Counted from the first letter of the stretch, positions 31,638-42,403 are shown. The stretch: 64,000 nucleotides of DNA from Candidatus Binatia bacterium (GCA_963664395.2 OY761159.2:32001-96000), one strand, 5' to 3'. Program-made: numbers and translations. Notes: generated from the letters alone by a model not told the origin.

Positions 31638-32918
31638 GTGGCAATGGTAAATGGACTTTACACGAATAGAAACACCCGCAGCGACTTCATAGAGAATGCA
31701 CTATATGGGCTGACCGGTAGCGGGCGAAATGTTTTCATCGCTGTAGCCTTCTTTACAGAAACCGACGTGGTGGATGAACTGCTTAAGAAGGGGTGTCATG
31801 TTCGTCTTATTGTGCGGCTTGGATACCCTACGAATCCTGATGCATTGTTAAAAATCCTAAATAAAACAGGGATCGAAATCAGATTCTTTACAAGTAACTC
31901 GTTCCATCCAAAGTTGTACATCTTCGGTGACCAAGAGGCTTTAATCGGGTCCGCCAACTTAACGAGAGCGGCGATTCGTACCAATCAAGAGGTAATGGTC
32001 AGCATTACAGGTGAAGACGGAAGGTTTAATGAGCTAGCCATTCTGTTTTCCGAATACTGGCAAGAGGCATCGGTATTAACTGAAGAAGTGCTCAAAAAAT
32101 ACAAAAAGCTCTATTTGTCCCACTCAAAAATAGATCAGGAAATTTCTTCACTGGCAAAGACCGTTAATCAAGACATCGGAAATGTTGTATTTCACAATAT
32201 CGGGAGAGAAAAAAGAAAAGTCTCAAAGGAGAATATTTTTCTTGAAGACTATCGAAAGACGTATCAAGAGAATGTAGCCGCTTTCAACAAAATCCAAGTT
32301 CTGTACAAGTCACTTCAGAAGCGGAAAGTGGCCGAGAGTCTTATTCCGCTGCGGTTGGAGATAGACTCATTTCTGAGTTTCGTCAGAGATGAATACGCAT
32401 CTGGTGATTCATGGTCAGAGCCGCCGGTCGGTTGGGGAGACCTACAGGTTTCTCGGGTCAAAGGATACCTGGACAAGTGGTTTACCACATCGTGGCCACA
32501 TCTCGAAGATACGATTGTAAACGTCAACTACCCAAGCCTCATACAGATTTTCTCTTCACGCAAAACCGTCATGGATAGTCATGATGACGAGCTTTTTGAC
32601 GCTTTGACTACAGTCCACTCTCTTCACGACCGCCTTAGATTCTTTCCTGGAGGACTCCCAAAACTGCGTATAACGTTCTTTGAGACGAATGATGGAAAGC
32701 AGATTAGAGAAAGCCTTTCCTACTTGGTATTTGGCGATGGTGATGTAATAGAAAGGATGGCGAATCTGATATTTCACCCTAAATACAAGCTCAACCAGTT
32801 CGGCCAAGCGAACGTTCAAGAACTTGTAGGCTGGTGTAGTGAGGAATACCCCGTAATCAATGGACGAACAACAAAAATACTCCGGTTCTTTGGGTTCGAT
32901 GTGCGGCAGCTCTCATGA
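31638..32918 (+). CDS. PLD (HKD)-family nuclease with C-terminal helical domain; probable defence gene
   Basis: IAVAFFT and FHPKLYIFGD...IGSANLT...NQE motifs. Visibly AT-richer than its flanks and on the opposite strand inside the queA-tgt pair. Confidence 0.8.
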   Translation: MAMVNGLYTNRNTRSDFIENALYGLTGSGRNVFIAVAFFTETDVVDELLKKGCHVRLIVRLGYPTNPDALLKILNKTGIEIRFFTSNSFHPKLYIFGDQEALIGSANLTRAAIRTNQEVMVSITGEDGRFNELAILFSEYWQEASVLTEEVLKKYKKLYLSHSKIDQEISSLAKTVNQDIGNVVFHNIGREKRKVSKENIFLEDYRKTYQENVAAFNKIQVLYKSLQKRKVAESLIPLRLEIDSFLSFVRDEYASGDSWSEPPVGWGDLQVSRVKGYLDKWFTTSWPHLEDTIVNVNYPSLIQIFSSRKTVMDSHDDELFDALTTVHSLHDRLRFFPGGLPKLRITFFETNDGKQIRESLSYLVFGDGDVIERMANLIFHPKYKLNQFGQANVQELVGWCSEEYPVINGRTTKILRFFGFDVRQLS

Positions 32919-32990
32919 AGAGAAGCAAGCGGCACGGGTTCAGTTCGAATGGTACTTGGAGAATTGCTCTCGGACGAGATCTTCTGAATT

Positions 32991-33238
32991 ATGGATCAAT
33001 CACCCTTAAAATCCTCACACCCTGAAAGTTCATTAAGTCAGCCTAAGTTGGCTCATTTAACAAACTGACAACCACAGAACTCATGAAATCGCTCAGGCCC
33101 GGACAAAAGGGGACGCTCAAGGTCAAGCGCGACGGAACTATGGTCGATGGTCATCATCGGATTAAAGTCTTACGAGATCGAGGGATTGACGTAGATGCGC
33201 TACCCCGTGAACTTTTTGACGAAGAGTCACTGTCGTAA
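32991..33238 (+). pseudogene. small ParB/Srx-like protein, one frameshift (absent from the ORF track)
   Basis: Manual translation: MDQSPLKSSHPESSLSQPKLAH / NKLTTTELMKSLRPGQKGTLKVKRDGTMVDGHHRIKVLRDRGIDVDALPRE. One base is missing near 33057. Confidence 0.65.
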
Positions 33239-33251
33239 CAAAGAGACTTGC

Positions 33252-33752
33252 ATGAGAACAACCGCGTATTGGATAGCAGGTCCCTGGTCAGGTCGCCTGG
33301 CGATAGTCCCGCGTCCGCGTGGAGGCCGACTGGCTCGAAGAGGAAGTCCGCTCCTGGCAGGAAGCCGGGCTGGATGTAGTGGTTTCACTGCTCACCCACG
33401 CTGAAAACACCGAGCTTGAACTACATCAGGAAGCGCTTTTGTGTCGGGCACGGGGCGTCCAATTCTACGCCTATCCGATACCGGACCGAGGTGTGCCTGT
33501 ATCACGAAAAGCGACGGCTGACTTAGTACAGAAACTGGAGACGACACTTGAAGCTGGCAAATCCGGGCCGTCCATTGCCGGCAAGGGATTGGGTGCTCAA
33601 GCCTGATAACGGCACTCTTACTCGTCTCAGCCGGGATAGACCCAGAAGCCGCTCTGGACCAAATTAGTCAGGCACGAGGATGTGCAGTCCCGGATACTCT
33701 CGAACAGAGCAACTGGATAAAAAGCTTTGCCGTGATTCCTATAGACGCGTGA
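33252..33752 (+). pseudogene. protein-tyrosine/dual-specificity phosphatase, two frameshifts
   Basis: MRTTAYWIAGPWSGRLAIVPRPRGG / DWLEEE...PIPDRGVP / AVHCRQGIGCS...VPDT. Frameshifts near 33326 and 33565; the P-loop Arg is changed to Cys. Confidence 0.8.
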
Positions 33753-33794
33753 CGAGAACCCATGCGTGCAGGCTCGGAACGACCCCTCTCCCGT

Positions 33795-34835
33795 CTACAC
33801 AACCAGCATCGCGTCCCCATAACTGTAAAATCGATAGCCCTGCTTCACCGCTTCCGCATAGGCGTGCAGTAGTATGCGTTCTCGTCCGGCGAAGGCTGAG
33901 ACCAGCAGCAGCAGGGTCGAACGGGGCAGATGGAAATTGGTGATCAAACCGTCTATCACCTGAAATTCATAACCGGGATAGATGAACAAGTCGGACTGAT
34001 TCGGTCCGGGCTGGACGTGGCCTGTCTGTTGGGCGGACGATTCGAGCGCGCGTGTTGTGGTTGTCCCAACGGCAATGATTTTTCTGCCAGACGCTTTGGC
34101 TGTGTTGATGAGTGCTGCGGTCGTCGAATCGATTTCGTACGATTCGACCCCCATGGCATGCTGCTCAATTTGCTCGACACGAATGGGCTGGAATGTCCCC
34201 AAGCCAACATGCAGGGTCACGAAGCAAAGCTGTATTCCAACCCGTGCCAGCCTGTCGAGCAATTCCGGCGTAAAATGCAGCCCGGCAGTAGGAGCGGCCA
34301 CAGCGCCAGGTTGCTGCGCATACACCGTCTGGTAGCGTTCCTGGTCTGCGGCATGCTGGCCCGGCGAACGCCTGATATACGGCGGCAGCGGGACTTCTCC
34401 GTGTTGTTCTACAAGTCGCTGAAAATCCTTTTCCGGAAAAAAGCGCATACTCCCCTGACCGGCCCTCGGCGCCTCCACCCACTTGCCCCAAAATTTATCC
34501 GCAAAATTAATGCGTCCGCCGACTTTCTGGTTTTGGCCGCCTTTACACAAGACCTGCCAGGTTTCTCCCTCAGTAGCAGTCCGTCGAACGAGGAGGAGTT
34601 CGACTTTTCCGCCAGTCTTCTTCTTCCCACGTAAGCGGGCCGGGATAACCCGGGTGTTGTTACAGACCAGCACGCAGTCTTTGGGCAACAATCGGGGCAG
34701 GTCCGAAAACTGGAGATGAGAGAGGGAATCGTCGTCGCGCCCAACACGCAAGAGACGGGACTGATCGCGTTGTTTAGCCGGCTCTTGGGCGATTAATTCG
34801 AGTGGCAGAGCGTAGTCGAAGTCGGAAAGATTCAT
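33795..34835 (-). CDS. queA: S-adenosylmethionine:tRNA ribosyltransferase-isomerase
   Basis: DFDYALP, PLPPYI, AAPTAGLHF, TNFHLPRSTL and YSYGDAM motifs. Confidence 0.96.
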   Translation of the reverse strand: MNLSDFDYALPLELIAQEPAKQRDQSRLLRVGRDDDSLSHLQFSDLPRLLPKDCVLVCNNTRVIPARLRGKKKTGGKVELLLVRRTATEGETWQVLCKGGQNQKVGGRINFADKFWGKWVEAPRAGQGSMRFFPEKDFQRLVEQHGEVPLPPYIRRSPGQHAADQERYQTVYAQQPGAVAAPTAGLHFTPELLDRLARVGIQLCFVTLHVGLGTFQPIRVEQIEQHAMGVESYEIDSTTAALINTAKASGRKIIAVGTTTTRALESSAQQTGHVQPGPNQSDLFIYPGYEFQVIDGLITNFHLPRSTLLLLVSAFAGRERILLHAYAEAVKQGYRFYSYGDAMLVV

Positions 34836-34863
34836 TAAAGATTCATTGAGGAGAGCTGACATT

Positions 34864-34894
34864 CCCCTCTCCCGTGAGGGAGAGGGTGAGAGGG
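34864..34894. repeat. CCCTCTCCC-N-GGGAGAGGG intergenic palindromic repeat
   Basis: cccctctcccgtgagggagagggtgagaggg. Confidence 0.6.
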
Positions 34895-34933
34895 AAATAC
34901 ATCTTGAGTCAATCGACTCGCAAGAAAGACCTC

Positions 34934-35728
34934 TTACGTTGTCGAATTATCTGGCGGACTGTCTGTTGGTGCTGAGCCGCCTATCCCGCGTAGGAACGGC
35001 TGCAAGAGATCAATCGGTATCGGGAAGAGGGTTGTTGAGTTGTTCTCCGATGCGACTTCAGAAAGCGTTTGGAGATAGCGCAGTTGGAGGGCGACCGGGT
35101 GTTGTTCGATAATGACAGAGGCATCAGCCAGCCGCTGGGCGGCCTGGAATTCCCCCTCGGCATTAATCACTTTGGCCCGTCGTTCACGCTCGGCTTCAGC
35201 CTGTTTTGCGAGAGCACGCTGCATCTCCTGAGGGAGGTCAATATGTTTGACCTCAACCAATGAGACCTTGACCCCCCACGGGTCCGTCTGGGTGTCAACG
35301 ATCTCTTGAAGATGGGCATTGATCTTATCCCGCTCGGAGAGCAGCTCGTCCAGTTCGGCTTGGCCGCATACACTCCGCAGCGTCGTTTGGGCGATTTGCG
35401 AGGTGGCAAACAGATAATTCTCGATCTCAATCGTTGCGCTACTGGGCTCTAAAACACGGAAATAGAGGACAGCATTGACTTTGATCGAAACGTTGTCTTT
35501 GGTAATAACGTCTTGTGGAGGAATGTCCAAGGTAATCGTTCGCATGTCCATACGGACCATGCGTTCAATCACGGGGATAACATAGATCAGTCCTGGACCA
35601 CGCTGCTTCACGAGTCGTCCAAGTCGAAAAATAACCCCCCGCTCATATTCGGGCAGAACCTTGATACCGCTCGCAAGGAGTACCAGACCTATAACCAGAA
35701 ACGTGATGACCGGACCAAAGCCAAACAT
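34934..35728 (-). CDS. stomatin-like SPFH (slipin) protein
   Basis: [30 protein letters not shown] and [10 protein letters not shown] motifs. Confidence 0.93.
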   Translation of the reverse strand: MFGFGPVITFLVIGLVLLASGIKVLPEYERGVIFRLGRLVKQRGPGLIYVIPVIERMVRMDMRTITLDIPPQDVITKDNVSIKVNAVLYFRVLEPSSATIEIENYLFATSQIAQTTLRSVCGQAELDELLSERDKINAHLQEIVDTQTDPWGVKVSLVEVKHIDLPQEMQRALAKQAEAERERRAKVINAEGEFQAAQRLADASVIIEQHPVALQLRYLQTLSEVASENNSTTLFPIPIDLLQPFLRGIGGSAPTDSPPDNSTT

Positions 35729-35746
35729 ACATCCTCCTTTTTGTAA

Positions 35747-37087
35747 TCAACCCGCTGCTCGACGCACATGTAAGACTAGATGATCTACTGCAACGATTTG
35801 GACCTTTTGACCGACCTCAATCTCTTCATCACTCTCGGCCGTCCAATACTCACCGTGTACCCAGACTTTTCCCTGCGGACCAAGACGGGTGCGTACTTCG
35901 CCGATTTCCCCCTGTAGGCCCTCTACGCCTGAGGCTGCCGGGCGACGCCAAGCCCGCACAGCCAGCGAGCCGACAACAAACATGAATGTCCCCACGGCCA
36001 GCGAAGCGGCAAAAATAATTCCGCGATCAACCGCCAGCTCGGCGTCCGGCGTATCGAATAAGAACAACGAGCCTAGCACAAAGGCCACAATACCGCTGAC
36101 GCCCAAGATGCCAAAACTCGGGAGAAACATCTCGGCTATGAGCAGCGCCATGCCGAGTCCGATTAAGACCAGACCGGTGTAATTAATGGGTAAGACTTGA
36201 AAGGCAGTCAGCGCGAGAATCAAACAAATGCCGCCCGCCAGACCGGGGAAAAGCAGACCGGGGTTAGAGAATTCAAGATACAGGCCCAACATGCCAGCCA
36301 TCATGAGAAGGTACGCAATATTGGGGTCTGCCAGGATATTCAGGACCTTATGCTTGAGCCGCATCTCAACCGTGACAATGTTGAAGCGGCCCTCACTCAG
36401 TTGGGCAGCGGTAAAATCCAAGGTAATCTTTTCTGAACCAACCTCAACTTCACGTCCACTGGCCTGGCTCAGCAAATCGTGGACATCCGTAGCAACAAGA
36501 TCAACCACGTTCTTCTCTAGCGCTTCGACCTCAGTGATCGAGACACTTTCGCGGACCGCTTTCTCCGCCCACTCGACATTTCGGCCTCGGCGCTGAGCAA
36601 TGGATTCGATAAACGAAACCGTGAAATTCTCAATCTTCTCCCGCATGTCGCCTTCGATGTTTTGCCCGCCGCTGGCAACCGGATGCGCCGCGCCTATGGT
36701 TGTGCCCGGAGCCATGGCAGCAATATGACCGGCCAGCGTAATAAACACGCCCGCCGAGCCAGCCCCCGCCCCGCTCGGAGAGACATACAGAAGAACGGGC
36801 AACGGAGCGCCAAGCATATCTTTGACTATGCTCTTGGTCGAGTTGAGCAACCCGCCGGGGGTATCGAGCTGAATAATGAGCGCTAAGGCCCCCTCTTGGG
36901 CTGACTGGCCAATATTCTCGCGGATAAAGTCACCTACAGCCGGATTAATCGAGGCATCAATGACAATACGGTTGACATGGGCTTGCTGACTCCGGGCGTG
37001 CACACCGAGGAGCATACCCAGGCCCGTCAGGAGACAGACGCAAGACAAGAGTCGTACGGGTCCAACTTTACGGCATCGCTTTCGCAC
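35747..37087 (-). CDS. nfeD: NfeD-family membrane-bound serine protease
   Basis: LDTPGGL, AGSAG, IGAAHPV and C-terminal OB VWVHGEYW motifs; paired with slipin. Confidence 0.92.
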   Translation of the reverse strand: MRKRCRKVGPVRLLSCVCLLTGLGMLLGVHARSQQAHVNRIVIDASINPAVGDFIRENIGQSAQEGALALIIQLDTPGGLLNSTKSIVKDMLGAPLPVLLYVSPSGAGAGSAGVFITLAGHIAAMAPGTTIGAAHPVASGGQNIEGDMREKIENFTVSFIESIAQRRGRNVEWAEKAVRESVSITEVEALEKNVVDLVATDVHDLLSQASGREVEVGSEKITLDFTAAQLSEGRFNIVTVEMRLKHKVLNILADPNIAYLLMMAGMLGLYLEFSNPGLLFPGLAGGICLILALTAFQVLPINYTGLVLIGLGMALLIAEMFLPSFGILGVSGIVAFVLGSLFLFDTPDAELAVDRGIIFAASLAVGTFMFVVGSLAVRAWRRPAASGVEGLQGEIGEVRTRLGPQGKVWVHGEYWTAESDEEIEVGQKVQIVAVDHLVLHVRRAAG

Positions 37088-37088
37088 G

Positions 37089-37961
37089 CTAGAGACGTCC
37101 TATTTCTCGGAGCACAGCTTTAATATCTTCCCACACCAAACGCTTCTCTTTAGGGTTGCGCAGTAAGTAGGCCGGATGCAAGGTCGGCATGAGTTTTATG
37201 CCGCGATAGGACTGCCACTTGCCGCGCAAGCGGGTAATGGGGGTCGTATCCTTCAGTAGCGTCTGGGCGGCAAATTTTCCTAAGGTAATGATAATCTTGG
37301 GCTGTATGATCTCCAGCTGTTTGATCAGAAAGGGCTCACACGCCGCAATCTCAGCAGGTTCAGGATTGCGATTCTCAGGCGGACGGCATTTGACGACATT
37401 GGCAATATAGACGTCCGCCCGCTGCATTTGCATGCCTTTGGTAATGATCTGCGTCAGCAACTGCCCGGCCCGTCCAACAAAGGGTTCGCCCTGTTTGTCC
37501 TCCTCGTAGCCTGGTCCCTCACCAACAAACACGATCTCCGCGTCGGGATTACCGACGCCAAAGACGATGCTATTACGTTTTTCACACAAACGACAGCGTT
37601 GGCAATCCCCAATTTCAGCTCGGAGCTCTTCCAGGGTGTGGACAGCAGCCCGAAATGATTCGGAGGATTCCTCGGCTGGGGCTGCTGTGACAGCAATGTC
37701 CGGGGACGAATCCGCCTTGACCTGTAAAAGGGCGGCGTCGGCCTGCTGAGGCAGGTGTTCGGCAGGTTCCACACTAATATCTGCAATTGGTACTGGCTGT
37801 TCCTCGCCAACCTTTTCAGTCGAAGAAATCGGAGACGGCATGGGCGGAGAGGCTGGGAAGCCTTCGACTCCGCCGGCCTGCAACTCTTTTGCATATGTGT
37901 GCAGAGAGTGAGTAATGCGTGTCAGCAATGCGTGGGGGGCGTGTGGCGAATCGGCAGTCAT
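37089..37961 (-). CDS. family-4 uracil-DNA glycosylase
   Basis: CQRCRL, GEGPG, NVVKCRPPENR and HPAYLLR motifs. Confidence 0.92.
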   Translation of the reverse strand: MTADSPHAPHALLTRITHSLHTYAKELQAGGVEGFPASPPMPSPISSTEKVGEEQPVPIADISVEPAEHLPQQADAALLQVKADSSPDIAVTAAPAEESSESFRAAVHTLEELRAEIGDCQRCRLCEKRNSIVFGVGNPDAEIVFVGEGPGYEEDKQGEPFVGRAGQLLTQIITKGMQMQRADVYIANVVKCRPPENRNPEPAEIAACEPFLIKQLEIIQPKIIITLGKFAAQTLLKDTTPITRLRGKWQSYRGIKLMPTLHPAYLLRNPKEKRLVWEDIKAVLREIGRL

Positions 37962-37979
37962 GGCCGCTTGAGGATATGC

Positions 37980-38966
37980 CTAGGCAGTCCGATTGACAAG
38001 CTGAGACACGAAAAAAGAAAGACCGTCGTAATACGGAGACGGCGGCAGAATTTCCAAAGCCTCCAGGGCCTGTTTCCCATAGGCGTGAGCCATGCGTGTG
38101 GCTTCGTCGAGCACCCCGGAGCGACGAATTTGTTCCAATGCGGCTTCAATTTCTTGCTGACTCGGCGCCTGTTTCTCAAATACGCGTTTAACTTCAGGAT
38201 CATGGGCAAGAGCCAGGACAAGCGGCAAAGAAGGATTGCCGTCTCTGAGGTCAGCCCCGGTTGGCTTGCCTGTCCGGTTGCCATCGCCAGCGACATCAAG
38301 GACATCATCAACAATTTGGAACGCCATACCAATGCAATAGCCGGACTCAGCCAGACCCTCAATCACGTCCTGCGAAGCCCCTGCAAGATGGGCTCCCATA
38401 CGCGCCCCTTGGGCAAACAACGAGGCAGTTTTGCGTTCGATGATTTCCAAATAGTCGTCCCGCGTCACGCTGGAGTCATGGCGCAAGCGGTCTTGCAATA
38501 CTTCTCCTTCAGTGAGGCTGATACAGGCATCGGTTGCCCAGATAATGACTTTTTCCTCAAAACGGCCGCACAGCGCGAAGGCCCGTCCGAATAAAAAATC
38601 ACCGGCTATCAATGTCGCAGTCGGTCCAAAACGATGCAGGGCCGACTCTTTCCCACGACGCGTCTCAGCTTCATCAATAATATCATCGTGGAGCAGGGAG
38701 GCGGAATGAATGAGTTCCAGGGCTGTGGCCACATCGACAATGTCATTCACATTTTTTCCGTCACAGGCGCGAAATACCATTAATGCCACGGTTGGCCGGA
38801 CTCGTTTCCCGCCAGCCCCAACAAGATAATTCCCGATGTCACTCAGCAGTGGTTCGCGAGATTGGAGTAACTCAGCGAGCCGTTCTTCGACTTGCTCAAG
38901 TTCGGCAGCGACGCAGGCTTGGGGAGAAAGGGAATCTGGTTGCGAGAGGATTGCTTTGGCAGACAC
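37980..38966 (-). CDS. polyprenyl diphosphate synthase
   Basis: GGKRVRP, LHDDIID...RRG and FQIVDDVLD motifs. Confidence 0.92.
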   Translation of the reverse strand: MSAKAILSQPDSLSPQACVAAELEQVEERLAELLQSREPLLSDIGNYLVGAGGKRVRPTVALMVFRACDGKNVNDIVDVATALELIHSASLLHDDIIDEAETRRGKESALHRFGPTATLIAGDFLFGRAFALCGRFEEKVIIWATDACISLTEGEVLQDRLRHDSSVTRDDYLEIIERKTASLFAQGARMGAHLAGASQDVIEGLAESGYCIGMAFQIVDDVLDVAGDGNRTGKPTGADLRDGNPSLPLVLALAHDPEVKRVFEKQAPSQQEIEAALEQIRRSGVLDEATRMAHAYGKQALEALEILPPSPYYDGLSFFVSQLVNRTA

Positions 38967-39240
38967 ATTACACTCAAATCAGTCAGCATTCCCTCAGGCC
39001 CGTCCTGAGGCTACCCACATAATGCCAAAGGGAGGGAAAACGTCAAGGAGTGCAATGTCTTGTCAATAAAACGTTTTCTTACACCACGCCGCAAACGCTC
39101 GTCACAATGCCCGGCTGTATGTGGAACTCTCCCAGCGGCCTCTCTTCAAGACCTTGCCTCCCTCCTCTTCTCCCCCGTATGATGCGAGAAGGGAATGGGA
39201 TGAGAAAGAAGTGCATGGGGCGCAGGGCTCCACTATAACC

Positions 39241-40446
39241 ATGGGACTACAAAACAAAGACATCCTCCTTGGGGTAAGCGGCGGCATCGCCGCCTATAAG
39301 TCAGCCGAGCTCGTCCGACTTCTGGTCAAGGCAGGAGCCAATGTTCGGGTGGTAATGACCAAAAATGCCCAGGAGTTCATTACTCCCCTCACCCTTCAAT
39401 CGCTGTCCGGTAATCCGGTTTCAACCAACACCTTTGACCTGACTCAGGAATCTGAAATCGGGCATATCCGACTGGCAGATACCGCCGACCTTGTTCTCAT
39501 TGCTCCCGCAACGGCTAATATGCTGGCCAAGCTTGCTCACGGGATCGCCGATGATCTGCTTTCAACTGTGCTCTTAGTGACTCGGGCTCCAGTCGTCATT
39601 GCTCCGGCCATGAATGTCCATATGTACACTCACCCCACAACGCAGGAGAATCTCAAGAAATTACAGCATTTTGGCCATAGGATTATCGAGCCAGCTGAAG
39701 GCGCACTGGCCTGTGGCTACGAAGGCAAGGGCCGTTTGGCTGATCCTGAGCAGATTGTCGAGTGCGTGGAAGCGACGCTGGCGAAGAAGGATATGCAGGC
39801 AGAGCATGTCATCGTTACGGCTGGTCCCAACTGTGAGCCTATTGACCCTGTCCGCTTTATAACCAATCGCTCGACCGGGAAAATGGGCTTTGCCATGGCC
39901 CGCATTGCCTACCAGCGTGGTGCAGAGGTCACCTTAGTCAGTGGGCCGACCGCTCTCGCCTCACCGCTAGGGGTGCATATGTGTGCAGTGCGAACGGCAC
40001 TCGAAATGCAGCAGGCAGTACTCGCCCACTACCCGCGTGCCACCATGGTTGTCTCAGCCGCGGCCATTGCCGACTATCGTCCGGCCCAGGCTGCTGCTCA
40101 GAAGATCAAAAAAAAGGAAGGCAGTTTTTCTATTGCGCTCGACCGCAATCCGGATATTCTGGCCGGACTCGGCCAGGACAAGGGCAATCGGCTCCTGGTC
40201 GGCTTTGCCACAGAAACAGAAGACGTCCTCCAAAACGCAGCGCGCAAGCTGCGCTCGAAAAACCTCGATATGATAGTGGCGAACGATGTGACTCAAGCAG
40301 GCGCTGGATTTGCCGGCGATACCAATATCGTTACCTTGTTGGACCGGACCGGTAAGCACGAGCCTCTCCCCCTGATGTCCAAAGACGACGTTGCCCATGC
40401 AGTGTATGACCGTCTGCTCGCTTTGAAAAAATCCTCGACCCCTTAG
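39241..40446 (+). CDS. coaBC: phosphopantothenoylcysteine decarboxylase/synthetase
   Basis: [31 protein letters not shown] and GFATET motifs. Confidence 0.96.
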   Translation: MGLQNKDILLGVSGGIAAYKSAELVRLLVKAGANVRVVMTKNAQEFITPLTLQSLSGNPVSTNTFDLTQESEIGHIRLADTADLVLIAPATANMLAKLAHGIADDLLSTVLLVTRAPVVIAPAMNVHMYTHPTTQENLKKLQHFGHRIIEPAEGALACGYEGKGRLADPEQIVECVEATLAKKDMQAEHVIVTAGPNCEPIDPVRFITNRSTGKMGFAMARIAYQRGAEVTLVSGPTALASPLGVHMCAVRTALEMQQAVLAHYPRATMVVSAAAIADYRPAQAAAQKIKKKEGSFSIALDRNPDILAGLGQDKGNRLLVGFATETEDVLQNAARKLRSKNLDMIVANDVTQAGAGFAGDTNIVTLLDRTGKHEPLPLMSKDDVAHAVYDRLLALKKSSTP

Positions 40447-40468
40447 CTCCCGAGCCCCGCATATCGTT

Positions 40469-41020
40469 ATGGGCACGCCGACCCTACCCGCGCCAGTGAA
40501 GTTGTTGATTGCCCTGCTTGCCGCCGATACAGCACTCTTCGCCCAGGCGACTACGCGGATAGAAGCGGCATATGGTCGGATTGATTTGGAGAGTCCCGTG
40601 TTTCCGTGGGAGACCACAGACTATTACCAAACAGAGATGGGCGGACATCTGCTGCGGCGCTTTGTGACGTGTGAGCAACTCATCAGGCCTGAAGACCTGA
40701 TTCGGCTGAAACGCGAAGCGAACGAGATGGAATACGCCTTTGCCTCTCCACCAGGCCCCTCTTCGCCGCGCCGCTTGAATCTCGACCCTGGCTATATTGA
40801 TACGACAAAACTTGTCCTGGCATCAACCAAAGCCCAGGCTCATCGGATATATCTCTCTCAGGGCATCTATGCCGAGGTGACGCTCCTCTATCACCACGGC
40901 ACGTATCAGCCCTTTATTTACACCTACGATGATTATCGCTGGTCGGAGACACATGAATTCTTGAAGCAAGCCCGCAAGAAATATTTGGGACAGCTGCGGG
41001 AGCGGGAGAAAAAAGTGTAG
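40469..41020 (+). CDS. DUF4416-family protein
   Basis: TDYYQTEMG, RRLNLDPGY, LASTK and HRIYL motifs. Confidence 0.8.
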   Translation: MGTPTLPAPVKLLIALLAADTALFAQATTRIEAAYGRIDLESPVFPWETTDYYQTEMGGHLLRRFVTCEQLIRPEDLIRLKREANEMEYAFASPPGPSSPRRLNLDPGYIDTTKLVLASTKAQAHRIYLSQGIYAEVTLLYHHGTYQPFIYTYDDYRWSETHEFLKQARKKYLGQLREREKKV

Positions 41021-41028
41021 GGGCAGCT

Positions 41029-41475
41029 CTACCTTCCCAACACCCCCCTCAACTCAGGCGGCAAGCGTTTCACTTTCCCCGCGTCATCAACACACGCATG
41101 CTGCGTAGCCCCTTCCGCAATCAACATATCGTCGGCCGTACGAACGATCCGGTACCCAAATCGGACACTGGCTCCACCGACCGCCTCAATCGTTGTCGTT
41201 ATATTGAGTACGTCATCAAAAAGCGCGACCGCCCAGTAGCGACAGTGGACTTCTCGAACGGGAAAGTGAATGCCTTCCGCTTCAAGCTCGCGGTACGGCT
41301 TCCTCAGCGCTCGCAAGAATTCAACCCGCCCTTCTTCAAACCACGGCAGATAGGCGGCATGATGCGCCATACCGGCTTGGTCGGTCTCCGCATAGCGTAC
41401 GCGCAGGGCGTGGGTGTGGGAGAGGCGGGATTGGGAACTCGGGATTGGGGAAGGAGATTTTTCTCTCTTTGACAT
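41029..41475 (-). CDS. acyl-CoA thioesterase (YbgC/4HBT family)
   Basis: RVRYAETDQAGMAHHAAYLPWFEEGR motif. Confidence 0.88.
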   Translation of the reverse strand: MSKREKSPSPIPSSQSRLSHTHALRVRYAETDQAGMAHHAAYLPWFEEGRVEFLRALRKPYRELEAEGIHFPVREVHCRYWAVALFDDVLNITTTIEAVGGASVRFGYRIVRTADDMLIAEGATQHACVDDAGKVKRLPPELRGVLGR

Positions 41476-41516
41476 GAACCCCTCACCTCCAACCCCTCAC
41501 TCCTCATCCCCAACCC

Positions 41517-42293
41517 CTACCTGCCCTTCCAATTGGGTTTGCGCTTTTCGGCAAATGCCCGTGGCCCTTCGACCACGTCTTCGGAATTCATCATCTGCTT
41601 GAGAGCCGGGTAGGACTGGGTAAAGGCTTCGTCCAGGGTCAACCCCGCGCCCAGCATGGCACACTGTTTGGTCGCCCGGACCGAGAGGGGTGCACACTCC
41701 TGGATTTCATCCGTCCAGCGCTTGACGGTCGCCTTGAGGTCTGCCAAGGGGACGACTTCATTCACAACGCCCCAGCTGTGCGCTTCTTGGGCGGTCATAT
41801 GCTTGCCGGTCAGCATATAGCCCAGCGCAATCTTGAGCGGCATTTGGCGCGGCAAACGGTGGACGCCCCCAGCGGCAGCCGCCAGGCCGACTCGGGGTTC
41901 AGGTAAACCGAGCCGCGCATGATCGGCCGCCACGATAATGTCGCACGCCAGAGCCATCTCAAATCCCCCACCCAGGGCAAAACCGTTCACCGCAGCAATA
42001 GTCGGTTTCCAAATATCGGTGCGGTCCGTCAGGCCACCAAAGCCCCCCTTAGCTCTTTTTTTCGGGAAGCCGTGCTCTGCGGTGTATTTGAGATCATTCC
42101 CGGCCGAAAACGCCTTCTCCCCAGCGCCAGTCAAGACAATAACCCAGGTATTGTCATCCGCGAGGGCGTCATCCCAAATTTCCGACAACTCCTCTGCAGC
42201 CGGTGGGTGCACGGCATTCAGCCGCTCCGGGCGATTCATGGTGATTGTGGCAACATGGCCGTCCTTTTCATATACTGCATATTCGTACGCCAT
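41517..42293 (-). CDS. enoyl-CoA hydratase/crotonase family
   Basis: FSAGNDL, AAVNGFALGGGFE and GLPEPRVG motifs. Confidence 0.92.
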   Translation of the reverse strand: MAYEYAVYEKDGHVATITMNRPERLNAVHPPAAEELSEIWDDALADDNTWVIVLTGAGEKAFSAGNDLKYTAEHGFPKKRAKGGFGGLTDRTDIWKPTIAAVNGFALGGGFEMALACDIIVAADHARLGLPEPRVGLAAAAGGVHRLPRQMPLKIALGYMLTGKHMTAQEAHSWGVVNEVVPLADLKATVKRWTDEIQECAPLSVRATKQCAMLGAGLTLDEAFTQSYPALKQMMNSEDVVEGPRAFAEKRKPNWKGR

Positions 42294-42403
42294 AGGTCCT
42301 CCCTCGTTGTGTGTTTTTCTTCACCTGACTATCTTTACTATCTTTGTCCGGCGGGGCAAAAGCGGGTTGGATAGTACCGTTCCGGCATGCTAAAAGCAAC
42401 AAA

